Shown: in pieces, positions 54,101 through 63,307 of the stretch
Numbering within the stretch: the first letter of the stretch is position 1
Layout: the number at the start of each line of letters is the position of its first letter
Source: Vicinamibacterales bacterium
Lineage (GTDB): Bacteria; Acidobacteriota; Vicinamibacteria; Vicinamibacterales; SCN-69-37
Direction: 5' to 3'
NCBI GenBank assembly: GCA_035550595.1
Contig: DASZOV010000138.1
Coordinates: 245-64,244 of the forward strand
Length of the DNA: 64,000 nucleotides
The notes under the pieces: model-generated
What the model saw: only the letters and a program-made list of their open reading frames with translations
What the model was told of the DNA's origin: nothing
The model's database searches: none
Translations under genes and position numbers: made by a program

Positions 54101-54783
54101 ATCTGCAGGCCGCTCGATCGTCCATACTCCGCTTGATAGTTCGACGTCAGCACCTTCACTTCCGCGATCGACTCGACGTTGACCTGCATCAGCAGGCGGT
54201 TGCTGCCTGTGTCGAGCGTCGAGACGCCGTCCATCATGAAGTTGCTGTCGCCGCCACCGCCGATGCGGCTCGTGCCGCTCACGCCGGGCGCGAGCGAGGC
54301 CAGCGCGTCGAAGCTGCGCGTGGCGATGGGCAGGTTCTGGACGGCATCCGGCTGCACGGTGAAGGACCGCTCGCCGGACGTCGCCTGGATGAGCGGCGCT
54401 TCGCCGGTGACGTCGACGACTTCCTGCACGCCGCCGACGTCGAGCGTGAGCCGGCCAACCGACGTGCGCGATCCGGCGTTGACCGTGATGCCCGACCGGT
54501 TCAACGTCTTGAAGCCCGACATCACGACCTCGATCGTGTACGTGTCGGCTGGCGTATTCGGCACGACGAAATCGCCGGTTTCGTTCGTGACGACGACCGG
54601 GGACTTCGTGCCCTTGGTGGCGCTCACGAGCGTCACCGAGGCGCCGGGCAGGGCCCCGCCCTGCGCGTCCGTGATCGTGCCGACGACCGAACCGGTCGTG
54701 ATCTGCGCGTTGACCGGCGCCGCCATCGTCGCGATACCGACGAGGGCGACCGCGAGGACGGTTCTTCCACGCGTCCACGTCAT
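51118..54783 (-). CDS. TonB-dependent receptor with an N-terminal CarboxypepD_reg domain (TBDR-2)
   Basis: ATG 54783 preceded by GGAGG. Signal ...TMAAPVNAQ. Same architecture as TBDR-1. C-terminal AQIRFSF. Confidence 0.9.
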   Translation of the reverse strand: MTWTRGRTVLAVALVGIATMAAPVNAQITTGSVVGTITDAQGGALPGASVTLVSATKGTKSPVVVTNETGDFVVPNTPADTYTIEVVMSGFKTLNRSGITVNAGSRTSVGRLTLDVGGVQEVVDVTGEAPLIQATSGERSFTVQPDAVQNLPIATRSFDALASLAPGVSGTSRIGGGGDSNFMMDGVSTLDTGSNRLLMQVNVESIAEVKVLTSNYQAEYGRSSGLQMTAVTKSGTNQFHGSLYDVENNSDWGANSKTNILNGNPKPVSKSREWGYSIGGPVGKPGGNNKLFFFYAHEFQPLTSGGNTRRFRMPTALERAGDFSQSYDNLGNRYPYIKDPTLAAPCSASNTAGCFADGGVLGRVPANRLYAPGIAVLNQYPLPNMDGAGLPYNYQITAPVQHLLAYQPVIKIDYQPKPALRASVKYAAWDQRAQVILGTLPGFNDTIQPRPIVSTLATTVDYSFSPTTFFEVTYGHSTNEEAGCALRGGAPVFCQSGIPTNDISNMNNAGLGDLPLLFPDATVLDHSSYAYEILNGLNPPFWDGTRILKAPTFQWGNRVANAPPSILFPGFLNTNPTQDVSVSLTKVAGAHTLKAGFYNTHSVKKEQDNSNPFFGTLNFANDTNNPFDTSFGYANAVLGIFDSYSQASSYVEGRYIYNNAEWYVQDNWKVNKALTLDYGLRFAHQAAQYDASGHESSFILDQYSPADAPLLYAAGCANGAYPCSGRDRQAMNPLTGALLGPSTALAIGTIVPDTGDPLNGIYVPGAAATYSYPAVGIEPRFGMTYDLTGEQRVVLRGGAGLFFDRPQFTASEQVTNPPATVQTTVQYGQLQTLGTTGLLLNGAPTISDVQHDLPLPKSVQWNGGVQLALPLSSTIDVEYVGQHAWDTQQSVNINAIDLGTAFLPEFQDPTLPPSAVPGATAVSTNMLRAIQGYGAIRQLSAVGWSWYHSIQISLQRRFTHGLSFGFVDTIGLSNTTNTTPRLEHNADGTYTIRSDQAQADALLGTNASLVRHTMNTNFVWTLPTITSQQKVLRALAVVANDWQIAGIWTASTGSPYTVGFSYQSNGSSINLTGSPDYAARVRINGDPGAGCSDDRFRQFNTAAFLGPAVGSVGLDSGVGYLDGCFSSVLNLSLSRTIRLGGSRSVQLRVDAFNAPNQASITGRNTTMTLANPNAPDAPLNLPFDANGNLITSRSLPSNAGFGVANGYQVPRTVQAQIRFSF

Positions 54784-54913
54784 GGGGCCTCCTGCAGGTC
54801 TCGCGGCGTTCCCATGGCGTCGTTTGCAACGGTCGATGCACGGCACGTCACGGGGGCCTCGAAACGCGAGGGAATCGCGGATGCGATTCGAGTGGATTAA
54901 CTATGAGTCGTTA

Positions 54914-54972
54914 ACTGGTATGACATATCATACCAATCGGCGAACTATAGTGGATCGCGACTGGGCCGTCAA
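54914..54972 (-). promoter_or_regulatory. promoter P2 (TTGACG-N17-TATAGT) with operator ACTGGTAT-N8-ATACCAAT 6 nt downstream of the -10
   Basis: On the + strand: operator at 54914-54937, ACTATA at 54944-54949, CGTCAA at 54967-54972. Homologous to P1 over ~130 bp. Confidence 0.6.
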
Positions 54973-55151
54973 GCGCGGAGGTTGTCGCAGGTTGTCGCGC
55001 CTGATGTTGAAAATAGACGGTAATTTGCGCTGAATACTGCTCGATGACGCGCCACGGTTCCTTGCCTGACAGGGGCGGAGCAGCGGACCAAAATATTCAG
55101 TGGTGTGCCAATACTTTAATTTGCTTTGAAAGAGGATGAACCTTGTGGCGT

Positions 55152-55190
55152 GCTGCGGGCGGGCACGCCGGTCGGCGGCCCGCCCGCAGC
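55152..55190 (-). terminator. stem-loop GCTGCGGGCGGGC...GCCCGCCCGCAGC after TBDR-3
   Basis: 13-bp perfect outer stem plus an inner 4-bp stem. Lies 12 nt downstream of the TBDR-3 stop. Confidence 0.5.
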
Positions 55191-55201
55191 CGGAGGGACG
55201 A

Positions 55202-58200
55202 TCAGAACGAGAGGCGGATCTGGGCTTGAATCGTGCGCGGATCCTGCCATCCGTTGGCCATGCCGAAGCCCGCGTTGCTCGGCTTCGATCGCGACGACAC
55301 GAGATTGCCGTCCGCGTCGTACGGCAGATTGACGGGCGTCGTCGAGGCGGTCGGGTTGGCGAGCGTCATCGACGTGTTGCGGCCCGTGATCTCGGCGCTG
55401 TTGGGCGCGTTGAAGATGTCGAGCCGGAACTGCGCGCTGCGACCGCCGCCGAGCCGAATCGTACGAGCGATGGCGAGGTCGAGCACGCTCGAGGCGCAGC
55501 CCTGCAGATACCCGTTGCCCGATTCGAGGCCGACGCTGCCGGGCAGCGGACCGGCGAACGCCGCCACGTCGAACTGCCGGTAGATGTCATCGCTGCAGCC
55601 CGCACCCGGATCGCCGACGAGCCGCACGCGCGCGCCGTAGTCGGGCGACCCGGTGAGGTTCACGTTGCCGCCGTTGCTCTGGTACGAGTAGCCGACGGTG
55701 TAGTAGCCAGCCGTCGACGCCGTCCAGATCCCCGACAACTGCCAGTCGTTGATGATGTAGCTCAACACGCGCAAGCCCGACCGATCGGTCTGGAGCGTCG
55801 GCAGTTGCCAGACGAAGTTGGCCTTGAGGATGTGCGTCTGCGGATGGTTGTCGCCGAGCAGATCCTGCGCTTCGCCCTGATCGGCGCGCGTCGTGTACGT
55901 GCCGTCGGGGTTGTGCTCGAGGCGCAGGCCGACGTTGCTGTGGTCGTACAGTCCGATCGTGTCGTTGAAACCGAACGACAGGCCGTGCACGAAACGCCGC
56001 TGGAACGAGAGCTGGATCGAGTGATACGTGCGCCAGCCGATGGCCTGGTTGCTCGAGATCGATCCGTAGCCCTGATAGGGCCTCATCAGGTTCGTGGTCA
56101 CGGCCGTGGCGCCAGGCGTCGTGCTCGGCTTGAGCGTCGGATCCTGGTACTGATCCAGATATGCCGTGCCGAAGTCGACGGCGTTGATGTTCACGCCGGT
56201 GACGATGTTGTAGCCGTGCTGGCCGACGTAAGAGACGTCGAGTGTCGTGCTCCACGGCAGCGCCATCTGCGCGCCCGCATTCCATTGCGCCGACGAAGGC
56301 AACGGGCTGTCGTACTGGAAGACGTTCAGCGACGGCGCCGCGGTCGTCGTCAGGCCTCCGGATCCGAGGCTCTGCAACTGGCCGTACTGCACCGTGACGG
56401 CACCGGAGAACGGCGGATTCGCCGCTTGTGCGAAGACGGAGTTGCCACTCGGCCGATCGAAGAACAGTCCACCGCCGCCGCGCACGACGAGTCGCTGCGT
56501 GCCGGTCACGTCATAGGCCAGGCCGAAGCGCGGTCCAACGGCCACGGCCGGCCACGTGTAGGTCGTCTTCGCGATGCCCTGACCAGCCACGAACAAGCCG
56601 TTCGCTTCGTCACCCGAGTTGGGCACGATCGTCCCGATCGCGAGCGCGGTGTTCGGTCCAAGCAGTTCGCCGGTGACCGGGTTGAGCGCCTGTCGCGCGC
56701 TGCCCGAGCACGGGTAGCTGTCGTTTGCGCAACCTGGCAGATAGAGCGCCGGCGCGGCCGACGGCTGCCATTTGTCGACGAGGAAGTTCGACGTCTGGCC
56801 GAGCTCGTCGTACTGCGGCTGCTGGTGGACGAACCGCAAGCCGTAGTCGAGTGTCAGTCGATCGGTGAGCTTCCAGTTGTCTTGCGCGAACCACTCGGCG
56901 TTGTTGTAGACCCAGTTGCCTTCGATGTAGGCCGGCGCCTGCTGATACGAATCGAAGATGCCGAGCGCGGCATTGGCGAAGCCGTACTGCGCGTCGATGG
57001 GGTTGTTCGTGTCGTTCGAGAAGTTGATCGACCCGAGCGCGTTGTTGTTGGCCTGCTGCGCCTTGTAGCTGTGCTGGTTGTAGAAGCCCACCTTGATCGT
57101 GTGCCGGCCCGCGATCTTCGTCAGGTTCACCGCGAGGTCGTGCGTCGAGATCGTGTTCAGGTAGCCGGGGAAGCCGAGATTGGGCGGCGCGTACGGCGAG
57201 CTCGACGTGGTGATGCGATTGCCCCACGAAAAGCTCGGCGGCAGGAGCAGGCGCGAGCCGTCCCAGATCGGCGGGTTGACCTTGTTCAACACGCGATACG
57301 CGTAGTAGTCGGGATCGATGACGGTCGCATCCGGGAAGATGTACGGCAGACCGCCCAGCCCGATGTTGTTGCGATTCGACGTCGGGTTCATCTGCAGCGC
57401 GCTCTGGCAGAACTGCGGTGATCCGCCGACGAGCGCGCACCCGGCCTCTTCTGCGAAGCTGTGGCCGTAGGTGCCTTCGAGGAACATCGTCGGCGAGATC
57501 GTGTAGTCGATCGTCGCCGCGTCCGTGTAGACGACAGGGTTCTGCTGTTGGGTATCGTTGAACCCGGGAATGGAGCCGAGGATGGTGCGATCGGCCTGGC
57601 CGTAGGCGGCGTACTTGAAGCTCGCGCGCAGCGCCGACCACGGCTGGTAATCGAGCTTGACGACCGGCTGCCAGCCCGTCAGTTTCTGCGTCGCGCTTTG
57701 CGTCACGTAGTTGTAGGCGAGCCCCGTGCCGTCGATGTTCGGCGTTGGCCACATGTTGAGGATGTTCAACCCGGTCTGGTACAGCCGATCGGCCGGAATG
57801 CGGCCGAGCACGCCGCCATCGGCGAAGCACGCCGACTGATCCGACGCGCTGCACGCGCCAGGCTTCGACGCGTCGCGGATGTACGGATACAGATTGCCGA
57901 GGTTGTCGTAGGTCTGCGAGAAGTCGCCCTGGCGCTCGAGCACGGTCGGCATCCGCCACCGCTGCGTGTTGCCGCCCGTCGTGCGCGGGTTGAACTCCTG
58001 CGTGTAATAAAAGAAAAGCTTGTTGGTGCCGCCGGGCTTGCCGACCGGACCGCCGATTGAATAGCCCCAGTCGCGTTGTTTCGACACGCCCTTCGGGTCG
58101 CCGTTGAGGATGTTGCGCTCGCTGTTGGCGTTCCAGTCGGAGTTGCGTTCGACGTCGTACAGCGATCCGTGGAAGTGGTTCGATCCGCTCTTCGTGATGG

Positions 58201-58903
58201 CCGCCACCTGCAGGCCGCTCGACCGGCCGTATTCCGCTTGGTAGTTGGACGTCAGCACTTTCACTTCGGCGATCGACTCGACGTTCACCTTCATCACGAG
58301 TCGATTGCTGCCGGTGTCCATCGTCGAGACGCCGTCCATCATGAAGTTGTTGTCGCTGCCGCCGGTCGACGCCGTGTCGCCGACGCGGTTCGTGCCGCTG
58401 ACGCCGGGCGTGAGCGAGATGAGCGCGTCGAAGCTCCGTGAGGCGATGGGCAGATTCTCGACGGCCTCGGTCGTGACCGTCATCGATCGCTCACCGCTCG
58501 TCGTCTGGATGGTCGGGACTTCGCTCGTCACGTTCACGACTTCGGTCGCGCCGCCGACCTCGAGCGTCAGCGTGCCGAGCGCCACGCGCGAGCCGGCGTC
58601 CACCTGGACGCCCGTGTGCTTGAGCGTCTTGAAGGCGGACATCTCGACCTGCACGGTGTAGGTGTCAGGGGCGACGTTCGGAAACACGAAGTCGCCCGTG
58701 CCGTTGGTGACGACGGGTGTCGAGGTGGTGCCCTTGGTTTCACTGGTCAAGGTGATCGTCGCACCCGGGATCACACCTCCCGTGGTGTCTTTGACGGTGC
58801 CGCTGAGCGTGCTCGTCGCGACCTGTCCCCAGGCGGGACTCGACCACGCAGCGAGCACGAGGGAAAGGCCGACGACGACTGTCTTGAGCCTGACTCGTTC
58901 CAT
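55202..58903 (-). CDS. TonB-dependent receptor with an N-terminal CarboxypepD_reg domain (TBDR-3)
   Basis: GGAGG lies 8 nt upstream. Signal ...AAWSSPAWGQ. The barrel is nearly identical to TBDR-1. C-terminal AQIRLSF. Confidence 0.9.
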   Translation of the reverse strand: MERVRLKTVVVGLSLVLAAWSSPAWGQVATSTLSGTVKDTTGGVIPGATITLTSETKGTTSTPVVTNGTGDFVFPNVAPDTYTVQVEMSAFKTLKHTGVQVDAGSRVALGTLTLEVGGATEVVNVTSEVPTIQTTSGERSMTVTTEAVENLPIASRSFDALISLTPGVSGTNRVGDTASTGGSDNNFMMDGVSTMDTGSNRLVMKVNVESIAEVKVLTSNYQAEYGRSSGLQVAAITKSGSNHFHGSLYDVERNSDWNANSERNILNGDPKGVSKQRDWGYSIGGPVGKPGGTNKLFFYYTQEFNPRTTGGNTQRWRMPTVLERQGDFSQTYDNLGNLYPYIRDASKPGACSASDQSACFADGGVLGRIPADRLYQTGLNILNMWPTPNIDGTGLAYNYVTQSATQKLTGWQPVVKLDYQPWSALRASFKYAAYGQADRTILGSIPGFNDTQQQNPVVYTDAATIDYTISPTMFLEGTYGHSFAEEAGCALVGGSPQFCQSALQMNPTSNRNNIGLGGLPYIFPDATVIDPDYYAYRVLNKVNPPIWDGSRLLLPPSFSWGNRITTSSSPYAPPNLGFPGYLNTISTHDLAVNLTKIAGRHTIKVGFYNQHSYKAQQANNNALGSINFSNDTNNPIDAQYGFANAALGIFDSYQQAPAYIEGNWVYNNAEWFAQDNWKLTDRLTLDYGLRFVHQQPQYDELGQTSNFLVDKWQPSAAPALYLPGCANDSYPCSGSARQALNPVTGELLGPNTALAIGTIVPNSGDEANGLFVAGQGIAKTTYTWPAVAVGPRFGLAYDVTGTQRLVVRGGGGLFFDRPSGNSVFAQAANPPFSGAVTVQYGQLQSLGSGGLTTTAAPSLNVFQYDSPLPSSAQWNAGAQMALPWSTTLDVSYVGQHGYNIVTGVNINAVDFGTAYLDQYQDPTLKPSTTPGATAVTTNLMRPYQGYGSISSNQAIGWRTYHSIQLSFQRRFVHGLSFGFNDTIGLYDHSNVGLRLEHNPDGTYTTRADQGEAQDLLGDNHPQTHILKANFVWQLPTLQTDRSGLRVLSYIINDWQLSGIWTASTAGYYTVGYSYQSNGGNVNLTGSPDYGARVRLVGDPGAGCSDDIYRQFDVAAFAGPLPGSVGLESGNGYLQGCASSVLDLAIARTIRLGGGRSAQFRLDIFNAPNSAEITGRNTSMTLANPTASTTPVNLPYDADGNLVSSRSKPSNAGFGMANGWQDPRTIQAQIRLSF

Positions 58904-59069
58904 GTACCGTTCCTCCGGTGGTGCCGAACCGCAGGGTGACGGGCCTGCCCGACATCGCCGGGAGGAGAGGAGTCCCGCGCGACCGGGCAGGAGAAGGGAT
59001 GGTCGTGCGCGGCGGAATGCCGCCGGGATGCCGCGACAGGCCCGTCACCCAGTGACTAGGTGGAATGAG

Positions 59070-59120
59070 ACTGATAATACCAGTTCGTCGGCATTGTACA
59101 TAAAGTCGACCATCGTGCAA
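59070..59120 (-). promoter_or_regulatory. promoter P3 (TTGCAC-N16-TACAAT) with compact inverted repeat ACTGATA-N1-TACCAGT 8 nt downstream of the -10
   Basis: On the + strand: IR at 59070-59084 (ATACCAGT core at 59077-59084), ATTGTA at 59093-59098, GTGCAA at 59115-59120. Confidence 0.5.
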
Positions 59121-59315
59121 GGCGCCAGTCGCCTAGACGAAAAATGGCCTGATTTTTAGTGCATTCGGCGTGAGATCTGTTGCAGGTCTCAGCACCTATG
59201 AGGCGATATCAGTCAAAGTGGTCTGATGAGACTTGGTCGAAACGTCGAGATCGAGATGACGCGGGGTGTGACGAGACGCTGTGAAAGAGACGTGATCGGC
59301 CGGGCGAAACGACAG

Positions 59316-59347
59316 GACGGGACTCCGGCGCGTGCCGGAGTCCCGTC
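59316..59347 (-). terminator. terminator hairpin GACGGGACTCCGGC-GCGT-GCCGGAGTCCCGTC after TBDR-4
   Basis: Perfect 14-bp stem 8 nt after the stop, followed on the coding strand by TGTCGTTTCG. Confidence 0.6.
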
Positions 59348-59355
59348 GCGATCGG

Positions 59356-62300
59356 TCAGAACGAGAAGCGAATCTGTGCCTGCACCGTGCGCGGCGACTG
59401 ATAATTGTTCGCCACGCCGAAGCCCGCGCCGCGCGGCCGCGACCGCGAGTCGACGAGGTTGCCGGACGCGTCGAACGGCAGGTTCTGCGCCGTCACCGGA
59501 TCGGAGGGGCTCGACAGATTGAGCGTCGTGTTGCGGCCCGTGATGCCCGCCTGATTCGGCGCGTTGAAGAGGTCGACGCGCAACTGCACGGCGCGACCGC
59601 CGCCGATCTCGATGTTGCGCGCGATCGACAGATCGAGCACGCTCGAGAAGCAGCCCCGCAGGTAGTTGTTGCTCGACTCGAGGCCGACGCTGCCCGGCAG
59701 CGGCCCCTGGAACGCCGCCGTGTTGAACTGCCGGTACACGTCGTCGCTGCAGCCGTCGCCCGGATCGCCGACGATGCGCACGCGCGCGCCGTAGTCGGGC
59801 GAGCCGGTGATGTTCACGTTCGAGCCGCCGTTCTGGTAGCTGTAGCCGACCGAGTACGCGCCGCCGGTCGCCGCCGTCCAGATGCCGGACAACTGCCAGT
59901 CGCTCACGATGAGGCCGACGGTCCGCGCGAGCGTCCCCTCACCCTGGTAGTCGGGCAGATCCCACACGAAGTTCGCCTTCATGATGTGCGTCTGCGGGTT
60001 GTTGTTGCCGAGCAGATCTTCAGCCTCCTTCTGATCCGCGCGGACGACGTACGATCCGTCCGGCCGATGATCGAGCCGCGGCGCGAGATTCTGGTGATCG
60101 TAAATACCGATCGTGTCGTTGAAGCCGAACGACAGCCCGTGCGTGAACCGGCGCTGGAAGGAGAACTGGACCGAGTGATAGGTGCGCCACATCCAGCTCG
60201 CCGTCTGGTTGATCGACGAGTAGCCGCGGATGGCGCGCATTTGATCGCCCGTGAGGGCTGACGCGCCGGCCGTCGAGCTCGGCGCGAGCGTCGGATCCTG
60301 GTACTCGGGCAGGAATGCGCTGCCGAAGTCGACCGCGTTGAGGTTCACGCCCTGCAGGATGTTGTAGCCGTGCTGGCCGACGTAGGAGATGTCGAGCGTC
60401 GTGTTCCACGGCAGCGCCATCTGCGCGCCGGCGTTCCACTGCACCGACGACGGGATGTCGCTGTCGTACTCGAAGACGGCGAGCGTCGGCGCCACGGCGG
60501 TCGCCAGGCCGGCCGATCCGAGGTTCTGCAATTGACCGTTGTGGACCGTGGCGTTTTCGAGCGTGGGCGGATTGGTGACCTGCGCGAACACCGAGTTGCC
60601 GCTCGGCCGATCGAAGAAGAGCCCGGCGCCGCCGCGCAGCACCAAGCGCTGCGATCCGGTCACGTCGTACGCCATGCCGAAGCGCGGCCCGACGACGAGC
60701 GCCGGCCACTTGTAGGCCGTCTTCGCGATGCCTTGGCCGGCCACGAAGAGCCCGTCGGTCATGTCGCCGGAGCCGGGCACGATCGTGCCGATGGCGAGCG
60801 TCGTTCCGGGACCGAGCAACTCGCCGGTCAGCGGGTTCTGTGCTTGCCGGTTCGTGCCCGAGCACGGCATGACGCCGTTCGCGCACGCCGCCACGTACAG
60901 CACGGGCGCCGAGTCGACCGAGTACTTCTCCGGCAGGAAGTTCGCGGCCTGCGACTCGGTGTCGTATTGCGGCGACTGGTGGACGAAGCGCAGGCCGTAG
61001 TCGAGCGTGAGCTGACTCGTCACCTTCCAGTTGTCCTGGATGTAGGCTTCGGTGTTCGTATAGACGTAGTGGCCTTCGACGAACTGCGAGGCCTGCGAGT
61101 ACGAGCTGAAGATGCCGAGCGCGGCGTTGGCGAAGCCGAAGCCCGAGTCGATCGGGTTGTTGGCGTCGTTGCCGAAGTTCAGCGTGCCGAACGGATTGCC
61201 CTGGTTCTGCTCCTTCGTCCCGTGCTGGTTGTAGAAGCCGGCCTTGATCGTGTGCCGGCCGGCGACCTTCGTCACGCTTCCGGCGATGTCATTGATCGAG
61301 TCGCGATCGGCGAAGCCCGGGTACACGAGGTTCGGCGGATCGTTGCCGATGCGGCTGCCCCACTGGAACGCCGGCGGCAGCAGCACGCGCGTGCCGTCGA
61401 AGATCGGCGGTGACACCTGCTGCAGCGCCTCGAGCTGATATGAGCCGGACGGGACGATGACGGCGTCCGGGAAGAGATAGGGGATGCCGTCGAGACCGGA
61501 GTTGAAGCGGTTCGCGACTGGATTCATGGGGAAGCCGGCCGCGCAGAAGTTGACGCCGGCGCCGTTCAAGCCGCAGCCGGCCTGGCTGTGGCCGGTGTGA
61601 CCGCCGGTCACCTCGAGGAACGTCGTGTCGTTGAGGTTGTAGTTGGCCGAGATCGCGAGCAGCGGCACGCTCGGGTGGTTCATCTGCGTGTCGTTGAAGC
61701 CCGGTAGCGATCCGAGGATCGTCCGGCGCGGCTGTCCCCATCCCGCGTACTTGACCGTGGCGCGGAACGTCGTCCACGGCTGATAGTCGACGCGCACGAC
61801 CGGCTGCCACGAGGTGAGGCTCTGTGTCGGCCGCGTGAGCTGGTAGTTGTAGGCGCCCTGTCCGGTGACGTTCGGGAGCGGATAGAGATTCAAGATGTTG
61901 AGGCCGGTGTCATACAGGCGGTCGGCCGGAATCCGTCCGAGGACGCCGCCGTCGGCGAAACACGCCGACTGGTTCGACGCGCTGCACGAGCCCGAGAGCC
62001 GCGAATCGCGGATGTACGGGAACGGATTGTTGTTGTTGTCGGTCGTCTGGGAGAAGTCGCCCTGCCGCTCGAGCGCGCTCGGCACACGGAACGACACGAC
62101 GTTGTTGCCGGTCGTGCGCGGCTGGAACTCCTGCGCGTAGAAGAAGAACAGTTTGTTCCTGCCGCCCGGCTTGCCGATCGGGCCGCCGATCGAATAGCCC
62201 CAGTCGCGCTCCTTGGTCGTCGTCTTCGGATCGCCGTTGAGGATGTTCACCTGGCTGTTCGCGTTCCAGTCCGAGTTGCGCTCGACGTCGTAGAGCGAGC

Positions 62301-63036
62301 CGTGGAACTGGTTCGATCCGCTCTTGGTGATGGCCGTGACCTGCAGGCCGCTCGACCGGCCGTACTCGGCCTGGTAGTTGGACGTCAGGACTTTCACCTC
62401 GGCAATCGATTCGACGTTGACGTTCACCATCAGGCGGTTGCTGCCGGGCTCGACCGTCGAGACGCCGTCCATCATGAAGTTGTTCGAGCCGCCGCCGGTC
62501 GACGAGGAGTCGCCGACGCGGTTGCCGCCGTTGACGCCCGGCGTCAGGTCGACGAGCGAGGCGAAACTGCGATTCGCGATTGGGAGATTCGCGACCGACT
62601 GCGTCGTGACCGTGAACGAGCGCTCGCCGGTCGTCGCCTGGATGATGGGCGCCTCGTCGGTGACCGTGACCGTTTCGGTCGCGCCGCCCACCTCGAGCAC
62701 GAGCGTGCCGAGACTCGTGCGCGTCGCGGCGCTCACGTCGACGCCCGGTCGCCGGAGCGTCTTGAAGGACGGCATCTCGATGACCAGCGTGTAGGTGTCG
62801 GCGGCCATGTTGACGAAGACGAAGTCGCCCGTGGCATTCGTCGTCACCGGCGCCGACGGCGTGCCGCGCGTCTCGCTGACGAGTGTGGCGGTCGCGCCGG
62901 GCAAGACGCCGCCTTGCGTGTCCTTGACGGTGCCCGAGACCGTGCCCGTGCTGACCTGGGCCAGCGCGGGCGTCGCCGCGAGGAGTGCTGCGGCGACCAT
63001 CCACGACGTCGTCCCTCTGAGTAGTGCTCGTACCAT
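59356..63036 (-). CDS. TonB-dependent receptor with an N-terminal CarboxypepD_reg domain (TBDR-4)
   Basis: GGAGG lies 8 nt upstream. Signal ...AATPALAQ. Same architecture. C-terminal AQIRFSF. Most divergent of the four. Confidence 0.9.
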   Translation of the reverse strand: MVRALLRGTTSWMVAAALLAATPALAQVSTGTVSGTVKDTQGGVLPGATATLVSETRGTPSAPVTTNATGDFVFVNMAADTYTLVIEMPSFKTLRRPGVDVSAATRTSLGTLVLEVGGATETVTVTDEAPIIQATTGERSFTVTTQSVANLPIANRSFASLVDLTPGVNGGNRVGDSSSTGGGSNNFMMDGVSTVEPGSNRLMVNVNVESIAEVKVLTSNYQAEYGRSSGLQVTAITKSGSNQFHGSLYDVERNSDWNANSQVNILNGDPKTTTKERDWGYSIGGPIGKPGGRNKLFFFYAQEFQPRTTGNNVVSFRVPSALERQGDFSQTTDNNNNPFPYIRDSRLSGSCSASNQSACFADGGVLGRIPADRLYDTGLNILNLYPLPNVTGQGAYNYQLTRPTQSLTSWQPVVRVDYQPWTTFRATVKYAGWGQPRRTILGSLPGFNDTQMNHPSVPLLAISANYNLNDTTFLEVTGGHTGHSQAGCGLNGAGVNFCAAGFPMNPVANRFNSGLDGIPYLFPDAVIVPSGSYQLEALQQVSPPIFDGTRVLLPPAFQWGSRIGNDPPNLVYPGFADRDSINDIAGSVTKVAGRHTIKAGFYNQHGTKEQNQGNPFGTLNFGNDANNPIDSGFGFANAALGIFSSYSQASQFVEGHYVYTNTEAYIQDNWKVTSQLTLDYGLRFVHQSPQYDTESQAANFLPEKYSVDSAPVLYVAACANGVMPCSGTNRQAQNPLTGELLGPGTTLAIGTIVPGSGDMTDGLFVAGQGIAKTAYKWPALVVGPRFGMAYDVTGSQRLVLRGGAGLFFDRPSGNSVFAQVTNPPTLENATVHNGQLQNLGSAGLATAVAPTLAVFEYDSDIPSSVQWNAGAQMALPWNTTLDISYVGQHGYNILQGVNLNAVDFGSAFLPEYQDPTLAPSSTAGASALTGDQMRAIRGYSSINQTASWMWRTYHSVQFSFQRRFTHGLSFGFNDTIGIYDHQNLAPRLDHRPDGSYVVRADQKEAEDLLGNNNPQTHIMKANFVWDLPDYQGEGTLARTVGLIVSDWQLSGIWTAATGGAYSVGYSYQNGGSNVNITGSPDYGARVRIVGDPGDGCSDDVYRQFNTAAFQGPLPGSVGLESSNNYLRGCFSSVLDLSIARNIEIGGGRAVQLRVDLFNAPNQAGITGRNTTLNLSSPSDPVTAQNLPFDASGNLVDSRSRPRGAGFGVANNYQSPRTVQAQIRFSF

Positions 63037-63262
63037 GATGTCGTCCTCCGGTAGTGGTGGCCGTGACCGATGCGCTGGTCACGGCCGTATGGCGTCATCC
63101 GTGGTCGTTGGCGTCCGCAGGGGATGAGTCGCGCGAGCGGCTCCTCCCCCGCGGCCTCGTCGTCGAGACACGCCGGTAGAGCGGGACGGTGGCAGGACCG
63201 TTCCAGCGACCGAGAGGTCTCTGAAGAGGACCGCACTGCGTTCGCGAGTGCGTAGAGTGATG

Positions 63263-63307
63263 ATACCAGTTGGTCGGTGATTATACACAGAGCCAGTACA
63301 CAATCAA
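63263..63307 (-). promoter_or_regulatory. promoter P4 (TTGATT-N16-TATAAT) with an ATACCAGT core 9 nt downstream of the -10
   Basis: On the + strand: ATACCAGT at 63263-63270 (followed by TGGTCGG), ATTATA at 63280-63285, AATCAA at 63302-63307. Confidence 0.55.

Noticed and set aside
54784-54846. A 21-codon N-terminal extension of TBDR-2 (MPCIDRCKRRHGNAARPAGGP).
   Set aside because: It lies in the leader that is homologous to the non-coding leader of the dehydrogenase gene. A GGAGG precedes the ATG at 54783, which starts a normal signal peptide.
58904-59076. A cobalamin or other known riboswitch in the TBDR-3/TBDR-4 leaders (TBDR genes are frequent B12-riboswitch targets).
   Set aside because: I could not find a B12 box or the conserved GGGAA...GGTG...CCCGC core arrangement, nor TPP or other motifs I know. 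Only generic GC helices are present, reported separately as unexplained structure.
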